From NCBI GenBank assembly GCA_045106415.1, contig JBGCEP010000008.1, forward strand, positions 1 through 40,659: a DNA stretch of 40,659 nt, read 5' to 3'. Positions 19,171 through 27,719 of the stretch are shown here, piece by piece (position 1 is the first letter of the stretch; every line of letters starts with the position of its first letter). The notes beneath the pieces are model-generated. The model saw only the letters and a program-made list of their open reading frames with translations, did no database searches and was not told the DNA's origin. This DNA comes from Oligoflexales bacterium (GTDB taxonomy: Bacteria; Bdellovibrionota_B; Oligoflexia; Oligoflexales; Bog-1112). The translations under genes and the position numbers were made by a program.

Positions 19171-19215
19171 CTGTGAGCCATCCTTATTTTTTGTATTTAT
19201 AAGCAAGGCTCACAG
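19171..19215. terminator. Stem-loop downstream of the EF-hand lipoprotein (possibly bidirectional terminator)
   Basis: CTGTGAGCC...GGCTCACAG inverted repeat with inner CTTAT/ATAAG pairing. Confidence 0.5.
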
Positions 19216-19919
19216 ACACCTTCAACGAGCATATTGCAACACTACGCTTCACTCCAATGAGTTGTCCCTCTTGAATTCTTGTCTCTAAAACAACCCCAAC
19301 ACCCCCTAAACAAACTGTGAAATCCTATCGGATAGATACTAAAAAGCTTATGTCATTTATCCGTTTGAGTCAGAATTTTACAGCATCCCGCAACATGAAG
19401 ATCAAAGCACTGATGAAATCGGCAACCATAAGAATTTTTGATTCAAATTATAAAATGGATAAAGACACTATTTCAAAGGTTTATCAAAACTTAGAGCTAG
19501 CCACATGAAAACAAATCTTGTTCAGCTATGCTGTGTATATACATTGTTTGCCGATAAACCATAAGATTGACGAAAACCTCTCACGATCAGTTTACTGATA
19601 CTTTAAGATCGTAATAGTAAAACTTTTTGAAAATTACAGCCACGGTAGCATATAATGACCCATGATGATCAACATACGAAAAAAATCTTCATTCTAGCCC
19701 CTCTTAGATCAACAATCGCCTATTATAATGCTCTGTGTCATAAAGCTACAGACTTAAGCTTGATACAAGATCTACTTCTGTTAGGATGTTTATGTCTCAG
19801 CTAGTCATCTTTTGGTCATGGCCATTGCCATAAAGCAAAATCTCTTGCTTTATGCAACATTCATGATTTCCATCAAGGTGCCTGGTATGTATAATCTCGT
19901 TTCATTCGGAGGTTCGTCA

Positions 19920-20558
19920 ATGATTCGAACTCTAGTTGCAACATTGAGTCTTTTCCTAGGAGGCTATTCCGTGTTTGGTAAAGCTGCAGACAGCACAAAA
20001 ACAAAAAAAATTGCAGATGCAAAAGTTACTCACACCGTTTACTTTGATATCAAAATCGGTGAAGAAAAAGAAACCAAGCGTATCGTTATGGGTCTTTACG
20101 GAGATGAAGCACCTAAAACAGTTGAAAACTTCCGCGCACTTTGCACAGGTGAAAAAGGTACTGGCAAACAAGGAAAACCTCTACACTACAAAGGAAGTCA
20201 CTTTCACCGTGTCATCCCTGGGTTCATGCTCCAAGGTGGTGATTTTACAAATGGTAATGGCACAGGTGGAGAGAGTATTTATGGGGGTTCTTTCGACGAT
20301 GAAAGCTTCACCCTCAATCACGAAACTCCAGGACTGCTTAGCATGGCAAATGCTGGCCCAAATACAAATGGTTCTCAATTTTTCATCACAACAGTTGAAA
20401 CACCATGGCTCAACGGTCGTCACGTTGTCTTTGGAAAAGTGATGGACAAAGACAGCCTTGAAACTGTGAAAAAAATCGAGAGCTTTGGTAGCCAGAGTGG
20501 CCAAACCTCAACAAGAATTGAAATCACCGACTCAGGTGAAATCAAAAACAACTCATAG
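19920..20558 (+). CDS. Cyclophilin-type peptidyl-prolyl isomerase with signal peptide
   Basis: [67 protein letters not shown] before ATG 19920. Confidence 0.95.
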   Translation: MIRTLVATLSLFLGGYSVFGKAADSTKTKKIADAKVTHTVYFDIKIGEEKETKRIVMGLYGDEAPKTVENFRALCTGEKGTGKQGKPLHYKGSHFHRVIPGFMLQGGDFTNGNGTGGESIYGGSFDDESFTLNHETPGLLSMANAGPNTNGSQFFITTVETPWLNGRHVVFGKVMDKDSLETVKKIESFGSQSGQTSTRIEITDSGEIKNNS

Positions 20559-20579
20559 TCAAAAGATTTAAAGTTGTGT

Positions 20580-21278
20580 TTATGAAGGCTCTGTCCTCTT
20601 CTGGGACGGAGCTTTTTTACGTGTTGCTTTCTTTTTTCGACCACCACTCGACGGAGCTTTCTCCATAATAGGAACACGCTTTTTTTGACTTGTCTGCTTT
20701 GTATAAGGTTTTGAATTTTCTCCAGTTGTTTTTTTTCGAAAACTTTTCTTTTTTCCTGCGCTCTCTTGACGAGAATTTTTAACTGGAGTCGATGGGTCTT
20801 TTTTATGATTTCCAGTTTTTTTCACAAAGGATTTCTTCTTCTCATCACTTTGTGATCCTTCCTTCATACTCTTCTCTAGGCTGTCGTCAGTGGATTCTAC
20901 TGAACTCACACCAGAGTCAACAATCAGAAACTGTAACATTTTAGGGCATACCCATATCACTTGAGACCTTTGTTTAAGACAGCCTATCATACAAAAGCGA
21001 TGATAAATTGGACCAAGTACTCCAAGATGGCGACCTTTCCACCCTATATTCTGGCGCGCAACCCAACCCGAAAGAGCTCTTTGCGATATACCGTACACAC
21101 CTGTTTTTACATTCTTTTTCATACGTCCAGATCGGATGATTTTAAGCCACAATGTAAAAAGACCAACCCATGACACAAAGTCGAGTTCAACACCTTCTGA
21201 ATCAATGCGGATTCCCCGAATCGATAGGCGCCAACGAAAATCACGGCTTGATGGCCAAACTTTATCTTGAACCCACAT
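20580..21278 (-). CDS. Hypothetical protein with Lys/Ser-rich basic C-terminal half
   Basis: GGAGGA RBS before ATG 21278; globular N-terminal half, low-complexity tail. Confidence 0.65.
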   Translation of the reverse strand: MWVQDKVWPSSRDFRWRLSIRGIRIDSEGVELDFVSWVGLFTLWLKIIRSGRMKKNVKTGVYGISQRALSGWVARQNIGWKGRHLGVLGPIYHRFCMIGCLKQRSQVIWVCPKMLQFLIVDSGVSSVESTDDSLEKSMKEGSQSDEKKKSFVKKTGNHKKDPSTPVKNSRQESAGKKKSFRKKTTGENSKPYTKQTSQKKRVPIMEKAPSSGGRKKKATRKKAPSQKRTEPS

Positions 21279-21547
21279 AGTCTTTCCTCCAGATACATCT
21301 CTCATCGGGTTGATTTTATCGTCATAAAACAAATGATGGCATAAATATTTTAACCTACAATATTTATAAGTTGTTACATTACCCACAAAATCATTTTTCA
21401 TTAAAAAATAAAAGTTGTACATCAAACATTTAAACCAGATTTCACACTCACTGAATAGACTTGATGTTCAAAAAATAATCATGTTAACCTCCTGCAATAG
21501 CAAGATAGGTAACATCGATAAGATCTAATGATAAAAACGAGTTTTTT

Positions 21548-22612
21548 ATGAAACCTTACATCCAAGCTTTTATTTGTCTGTTCCTATGGAGCTTTAAGAT
21601 TTACAGTGCTCCTGCGCTCAGAAAAATACTCGCCACTCAAGATATTTCCATTGAAAAAAAAGACCGAGCTATTTTTTTCATAAAAAAGCTCCAATCGACA
21701 CAACTCACAGCAGCATCGACAACAAGTAGACGTGTTGAAAAAAAAACAGTCATACCTGAAGCAGTGTTAAAGAGCGCTCTTCAAAATCTTTATGCCCATC
21801 CCGAGGCCAAATTTTCACGAAGAGACCAACTACAAGCAGGTGAGACAAATAAAACATTTACCTTTTATGGCGCTTCCGTTGCTTTCCGGCAAAAAAATCT
21901 AAAAACAAAGATAAAGCTACGAGCACGATTTTACTTGAAGATCGATAAAAATGGGAACACTCTACGCTCTCAACCAGGGCATGGTTTTTTAGAGCTTAAA
22001 ATTAAAAATCCTTTACCTGGTCAAAGAGGGGTCCATAAATATAGAATCAAGCTACGTGATGACCTCATCTTTCAAGTTTTCACAAACCCGGCCTATACTG
22101 ACGAATTTCAGTTAGCTCTTCAAAATATTAAGGAAAGCCTTTCCCCTTCCTCTAAAGAATACCAGACAGCACTTATTATGTTAGAGGCTACCGAATATTT
22201 TTCTAATATTGACTCACGTTTTTCTCAGCCCGTCCTAGGGGTTTCATACACAAGAGATTCCTACCAGCAAGATATCCTTTCACACAACGTTCAAATCACA
22301 CTCGATCGCAATGTACAAGCTTACCTTCCTTACCAAATCAATCACTTAAATACATTTGACGATTATCTCTTTGAAGAGGCGGCAAAAGATCTCACACACA
22401 CTTACCCTAGTGATATTGTGGTTCTTGAACTCAAAGAGCCCATGCAAATAAGCTTGAAAAAAACTTTTAAAAAAGACTCTCTTCTAGAAAGACTTCGACT
22501 CTTCAGACAACATGCCTTCTGCCGCGCTTACGTTTCTTCTGGCTTTGACATCGAAAGAAACAGAGGCAAAGCTGGGACCATCCGAAACCTGCTCTATGAA
22601 AAATATTTATAA
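21548..22612 (+). CDS. VTC/CYTH (triphosphate tunnel, polyphosphate-polymerase-domain) protein with signal peptide
   Basis: RRVEKK, KLRARFY, FLELKIK, KYRIKL, P...VSYTR.SY, QITLDRNV, VVLELKEP; hydrophobic N-terminus ending IYSA. Confidence 0.7.
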   Translation: MKPYIQAFICLFLWSFKIYSAPALRKILATQDISIEKKDRAIFFIKKLQSTQLTAASTTSRRVEKKTVIPEAVLKSALQNLYAHPEAKFSRRDQLQAGETNKTFTFYGASVAFRQKNLKTKIKLRARFYLKIDKNGNTLRSQPGHGFLELKIKNPLPGQRGVHKYRIKLRDDLIFQVFTNPAYTDEFQLALQNIKESLSPSSKEYQTALIMLEATEYFSNIDSRFSQPVLGVSYTRDSYQQDILSHNVQITLDRNVQAYLPYQINHLNTFDDYLFEEAAKDLTHTYPSDIVVLELKEPMQISLKKTFKKDSLLERLRLFRQHAFCRAYVSSGFDIERNRGKAGTIRNLLYEKYL

Positions 22613-22814
22613 AAACACATCACAGTACGTTTTCAGACTCCAAGACCTCTAAAAAAAATACGGCACTATGAATGCGCTCATTTCACCCGCTTCTCATACA
22701 GCCCAAAAATCACAACAGCCCTTCCAAACAACAAATCACCAAATCAAATAGCAATTCCTCACTGGATTGTGTTTTATAGAAAAGCGATTCACAATAATAG
22801 AAAAGGAGAAATTT

Positions 22815-23225
22815 ATGAATAACTTTTGGAAAAAATGTGGACCATGTGGAAAAGAGATTACACATCAAACAGCTTACTTTGCTTGTGGCACAAGCAGTTG
22901 CCAAAAATCCGCATTCTGTTCACTCAGCTGTTGGAATGCACACATACCACTAATGAAGCATAAAGACGCTTGGGCTGAAGAACGCATTTCTCCCGGACTC
23001 AATGACACCCGAGATCAGAACACCCAAATCAAATCAACTGATGTTTTGGTAGTTGCATCTAAACTAAAGGCATACATCAAAGAAAGCTCTGGCTTAAATA
23101 CTTCAGCAAGCGCTCTCACTCGTCTTTCAGATATTATTCGTTTGCAATCTGACAAAGCGATGAAAAATGCAAAAAATGAAGGACGCAAAACAGTCCTCGA
23201 TCGGGATTTTTTAAACCCACAATAA
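22815..23225 (+). CDS. Bacterial histone-fold protein with N-terminal Cys/His zinc-finger domain (ZZ-histone/Bd3044-like)
   Basis: RBS AAGGAG; N-terminal CGPC..C...SC....FCSLSCWNAH; C-terminal DVLVVASKLKAYIKESSGLNTSASAL..LS...AKNEGRKTVLDRDF histone fold. Confidence 0.9.
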   Translation: MNNFWKKCGPCGKEITHQTAYFACGTSSCQKSAFCSLSCWNAHIPLMKHKDAWAEERISPGLNDTRDQNTQIKSTDVLVVASKLKAYIKESSGLNTSASALTRLSDIIRLQSDKAMKNAKNEGRKTVLDRDFLNPQ

Positions 23226-23257
23226 CGAGGACTGTCCAACTTCAAAATATTCCCAAG

Positions 23258-26215
23258 TTAAAAAAATGAGAACTTTGCTCGTGAGCTGCTGTAACCTGAG
23301 TCTTCTAGAATTTCAATAATTTCTAGGTTGGTTTTCAACCACTCTTTGAAAGGCTCACTTACTTTATCTGGTGAGGCACGACGCACACTCAATCCTGTTT
23401 CTCCAACATGTTCACGAAGCTGTGAAGCAATATCACGGCGCATGGCATCAAGATGAAGGAATATGGATTCTTTTCCAACTTTATCACTATCCAGCCCTAA
23501 AGGTGAACTCAATAAAGTTGCTGCTTCAAGACGAGTCTTGGCATCAAAAATATAATCTTGCAACATCACCTTTGGTTTTTTTGTCTCTGAAATAAACACA
23601 ACACCTACGAGTTGATTCTTCCTAGCATCACTTCTAGAAGATAGGACAAACTCAGATAAGCTGGTGATTGCCTCAACAAGCTCATCACACCCTTCCTCAA
23701 TCTCCATATAGGAAGACACTTCATTCACTCTTGCTAAGGTTTGATAAACAACCTCTTTGGCAAGTCTTAGAAGGTCTTTAGATATGTTTTTCTTAATGAA
23801 GGCACGCTCTTCTTGAGAAAATGTAACTTTCCGTCCATCGGCAGCTGTAAAATCACGATTCGTATCTTCAAATAGCTTTTCTACAACTTTATTCACATCG
23901 GCTTTTAAATCAGATGGCCATTGAACTTCATGCGAAGGAACATCGTCGATTTTTTCAACGTTCTCACCATGCTCTTCATCAACTTCTCCATCTGAAAGTT
24001 GGTCAAATCCTTTTTTCCATTCTGAGTCTGATTTCAAGGAGCTTTCTAAGAGACTTTTTAAGGATATCGATCCTAAGTCAATACTCACTTCAGAGCCTTC
24101 AGCATCAACGGATCCTTGGTAATCACCGTCTTCTTCATAAGGAGCGACTCCTTCAACTGGTAGACCTGTCGCCCTTACAATCGCAAATAAAGATTTAACA
24201 ACTCCACCGATGTCTCGAAATTGTTTTTTCAGCCAATCTTTTTTGTACTTTTCTATCGCTTTTGGGTCACCATGAAGCTTCACAAGGTCATCATGATTCT
24301 GAAGATTTCTCCACCCTGAGTTCGTCATCCATGACAGAGCGATATCCAAAGGTCCTAAAAGACGATCCACAATTTTACTCACAGGAATCCGAACATCTTG
24401 GACTCTTTTTTGGTCTTCAGACGTCTCAGAGGTTCCTGCCTTACCACGTATATATGGCTCTACAAGCCAAGAAGCAAGATTCTTAAGATCATTTCTCTGG
24501 TCATAATGAACATCAGCAAGTGGATTAGCAAAAGTTCTCCAAGGACCGCAATCAGCAAATTTTTGAGCTTGAGCATCAGAGCAATAAGCTAACTCAACAC
24601 TAGGATCACACTCTTTCCAGCTTGCATCATAGCCCCATTCAATTGCTTTTTGATCATAATGCAACAATTCGCGTCTTTGAATTTTTTGCCCTATTAAGAC
24701 ACTCACTTCAAAGTTTGAGTAATGCATCACAGAAGAAGCAAGTTCAGGAATTTCTACAGACTCACCGCTTAAGTAGTTTTGGTATAGATTTTCCAGCTCT
24801 TTTGGTGTCACTTTGTTTTCTAAGTGCGCAGCAAAGTTATGTCGAAGACCCATTGTATGACCGACTTCATGAGCCACAACTGAAGCAACGTAATCTTGCG
24901 CAACACGCAGTGCAAGTTCATTTGCTAGACTGTCAGGCATACTGGTTAATGTTTGTTGAAGACCAGGTAAGAATTGATGAAATTTATGACTTTGTTGGCA
25001 CATAGAATTTGTATGCGCATCTTCTTCAGAAGCGTTTGAAGAAAATGATTGAGGGCATTTCAAAGATTGAAGGCGCCTTCTATTTTTTCTTTCTTCGGGT
25101 GTAAAGTCTTCATCCATCTCATCCGCATTAACTTGTGTATTTAAAATAGCACGGACTCTTTGCAACGATCCAAATGCAAACGCTGATGTTAAAAATACCT
25201 GCGCATGATGAATTTCACCACTTAGAGGGTCAGCTAAGACATCTGCATAAGCAAAACCCGCTTTATCCCAACGCACCCATTCAATCAAATTGTAATCAGG
25301 ATGAGGAGCTTGAATACCTTCTGGAGCGTCAACAACTTCGACAACTTCTCTTCCAAAAGCTTCATTCCAATATAAAATACCACGACGAACAGCTTCTCTA
25401 TACTCATCTGGAATTTTATGTGACAACGCATAAACGATCGTTTTTTGATGATTCCATTTTAAAACATGACCAAATGGAGTGCCATCATGCCGTTTAATTT
25501 GAGAGTGTGTTTCAAAGTAGCCAACTTTTTTAAATTGTCCACCTTTTCTCTGTTGAAAAGCTTGAGAATCAGTACGAGTCCTCTTTCTCTTCTTTTTCGT
25601 TAAATGGTTATCATCACCTTCAAGGCGTTTTAGAAAAAAACGTTCTTGGATAGGGACCTGTGCCAAAATACGCATATTCATTTTGACATCTTTCACGAAA
25701 CGATCAACAACAACTTCCTGTGCATCTTGTGAAAGAATCACATGGCTGACCCACGGTAAGATTTGAGGCTGTTGAATCGTGTACCCATGAAAAGAACGAC
25801 CTTTTTCATCTGGAGCATCGTACCACGCCTCTAGTTCACCCCCAAAGCCCTCTGAAGCCAAACGAATATAAATAGCATCATTGCTTTCATCTAAAATACG
25901 AAAACGTGCGAGCAATGTTTTCGCATCATCATGGTCAACACTCTGACCATCTGCAGCCTGAAACATCAACAAACTGCTGTATCCATCTAAAACAAGGCAA
26001 GAGTCATCTTTTTCAAAATACACTCGATAAGACTTCTTCGATTCAAACATCGGCGCAGAGCGCTGCTGAATAGCAGTCATATGCAGGACATAAGAATGGC
26101 CGCTTTCTATATCAGCAGCAGGTAAACCAATAGATTTCTGCGCTGTGTTGATAGTCAAGACATGAGCCTGAGCAACTGGCAACAAAAGCAACGCACAGAG
26201 CAACAAACGAACCAT
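23258..26215 (-). CDS. Secreted zinc-dependent metalloprotease (metzincin, DUF4953/EcxA-like)
   Basis: Signal peptide ...AQA; GILYWNEAF, DPLSGEI..A, HEVGHTMGLRHNF, Met-turn SSVMHY, YD..AI.WGY. Confidence 0.9.
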   Translation of the reverse strand: MVRLLLCALLLLPVAQAHVLTINTAQKSIGLPAADIESGHSYVLHMTAIQQRSAPMFESKKSYRVYFEKDDSCLVLDGYSSLLMFQAADGQSVDHDDAKTLLARFRILDESNDAIYIRLASEGFGGELEAWYDAPDEKGRSFHGYTIQQPQILPWVSHVILSQDAQEVVVDRFVKDVKMNMRILAQVPIQERFFLKRLEGDDNHLTKKKRKRTRTDSQAFQQRKGGQFKKVGYFETHSQIKRHDGTPFGHVLKWNHQKTIVYALSHKIPDEYREAVRRGILYWNEAFGREVVEVVDAPEGIQAPHPDYNLIEWVRWDKAGFAYADVLADPLSGEIHHAQVFLTSAFAFGSLQRVRAILNTQVNADEMDEDFTPEERKNRRRLQSLKCPQSFSSNASEEDAHTNSMCQQSHKFHQFLPGLQQTLTSMPDSLANELALRVAQDYVASVVAHEVGHTMGLRHNFAAHLENKVTPKELENLYQNYLSGESVEIPELASSVMHYSNFEVSVLIGQKIQRRELLHYDQKAIEWGYDASWKECDPSVELAYCSDAQAQKFADCGPWRTFANPLADVHYDQRNDLKNLASWLVEPYIRGKAGTSETSEDQKRVQDVRIPVSKIVDRLLGPLDIALSWMTNSGWRNLQNHDDLVKLHGDPKAIEKYKKDWLKKQFRDIGGVVKSLFAIVRATGLPVEGVAPYEEDGDYQGSVDAEGSEVSIDLGSISLKSLLESSLKSDSEWKKGFDQLSDGEVDEEHGENVEKIDDVPSHEVQWPSDLKADVNKVVEKLFEDTNRDFTAADGRKVTFSQEERAFIKKNISKDLLRLAKEVVYQTLARVNEVSSYMEIEEGCDELVEAITSLSEFVLSSRSDARKNQLVGVVFISETKKPKVMLQDYIFDAKTRLEAATLLSSPLGLDSDKVGKESIFLHLDAMRRDIASQLREHVGETGLSVRRASPDKVSEPFKEWLKTNLEIIEILEDSGYSSSRAKFSFF

Positions 26216-26248
26216 AAAATCCTCCGGTGACGTATTACATATTCACGG

Positions 26249-26278
26249 AAGATATTGATAAACCATTCTAAATGTCAA
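26249..26278 (-). promoter_or_regulatory. Possible sigma70 promoter of the metalloprotease
   Basis: TTGACA-N18-TATCTT. Confidence 0.4.
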
Positions 26279-26398
26279 CACTATATTTATAATCCAGCTC
26301 ATTTATAATAGGAAAAATCAATAAGGCCGTGTCTTTCTTAGCTCAATAATGGTTTAATGGCCTAAATTTCATCCACAGATCCCCTTCATGAGGTGTGC

Positions 26399-27436
26399 AT
26401 GTTCTCAGCGATTCAAGTCCAAAACGGAGATTTAAAACTGTTAGACCAAAGACTGTTGCCTGATCAAGAGGTCTGGATCACCTGTAAAACGCATGAAGAT
26501 GTGGCTACCGCCATTGAAAACATGACTGTACGAGGGGCTCCTGCAATTGGTTGCGCAGCTGCTTTTGGCCTCGCGATAGCAGCCTCAGAAGCAGAACACA
26601 GGGACTCTACAGACTTTAAATCTTATATACAAAAAGCAGCAAAACGTTTAAGCCAAACTCGTCCGACAGCAGTCAACCTTTTTCACGCTTTGCAAAAAGT
26701 AGAGTCTTCAGCTATAAGCCAAAATTATGCGAAAACAGCAAAAGAATGTGCTTGGACAATTGCTCACAAAATTTACAGCGACGATTTAAAAACGTGTCAA
26801 AGAATAGGTGAAAACGGATCAAGGGCTCTTCAAGGAAAAAACCTAAGGATCATGACTCATTGCAACGCAGGTGGAATTGCCACAACGGGTTATGGGACAG
26901 CCCTAGGAGTCATTCAAAATTTATTCGACAATCGCAGACTTGAAAAAGTCTACGTGAATGAAACAAGGCCATGGCTACAAGGTGCTCGTCTTACAACTTG
27001 GGAGCTTCTTCGTTCAGATATCCCATGCCAACTTGGAACAGATTCAAGCGCAGGCATCCTTATGCAGCAAAATCTTATCGACGCAGTCATTGTTGGAGCA
27101 GATCGTATTGCTATGAACGGAGATACTGCCAATAAGATTGGCACTTACTCTCTCGCTGTGCTAGCTAATTTCCATAAAATTCCTTTTTACATTGCCGCAC
27201 CAAAATCTACTTTTGACTCAAATATTCAAGATGGACAGGGAATTCCAATTGAAACAAGACCTCCAGAAGAAATTACTCACTTCAAAGGTACAGCCATAGC
27301 ACCCATGGATGTTCCTGCGTACAACCCTTCATTTGACATCACCCCTCACACACTCATCACAGCTTACATCACAGAAAAAGGTAATCTTGCTCCTGATCAA
27401 ATCAGTCAGACTTTCAATGATGAAGTCTTACTGTAG
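26399..27436 (+). CDS. mtnA: S-methyl-5-thioribose-1-phosphate isomerase
   Basis: LDQRLLP, MTVRGAPAIG, TRPTAVNL, THCNAG, ETRPWLQGARLT, GADRI..NGDTANKIGTY, NPSFDITP. Confidence 0.96.
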   Translation: MFSAIQVQNGDLKLLDQRLLPDQEVWITCKTHEDVATAIENMTVRGAPAIGCAAAFGLAIAASEAEHRDSTDFKSYIQKAAKRLSQTRPTAVNLFHALQKVESSAISQNYAKTAKECAWTIAHKIYSDDLKTCQRIGENGSRALQGKNLRIMTHCNAGGIATTGYGTALGVIQNLFDNRRLEKVYVNETRPWLQGARLTTWELLRSDIPCQLGTDSSAGILMQQNLIDAVIVGADRIAMNGDTANKIGTYSLAVLANFHKIPFYIAAPKSTFDSNIQDGQGIPIETRPPEEITHFKGTAIAPMDVPAYNPSFDITPHTLITAYITEKGNLAPDQISQTFNDEVLL

Positions 27437-27719
27437 TAGAAGAGTAAATTAGGCATTTTTGAAAGTTTAAAATCTCAAGACTGTCAGCAGGAAACTTTTC
27501 CAACAACACGAGACTCTTTTGAAAGAGATGTCCTACAACTATCGGATAAATAAATAAGAGTAAGGCATATCGAAAATGATCTTCGATATGCCTTATGTTA
27601 AAACGACAACTCTGATCTTCAATACAAATATTTTGCAAAAATAAATCTCAAAATCATGGTTCCCTCTTTTTTCAATATCATTAATACGTGCAACTTCTCT
27701 GTATTTATAGATTAAAGAT

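Noticed and set aside
18784..19206. 140-aa antisense ORF, plus other short overlapping ORFs (e.g. 19975-20442, 24622-25005, 31615-32019)
   Set aside because: Shadows of well-supported genes on the opposite strand or in another frame; no RBS or motifs
19317..19508. 63-aa GTG-start ORF
   Set aside because: No RBS or recognisable motif; overlaps promoter-like boxes on the other strand
27414..27638. 74-aa minus-strand ORF between mtnA and the large lipoprotein
   Set aside because: TTG start, no motif, overlaps the mtnA end
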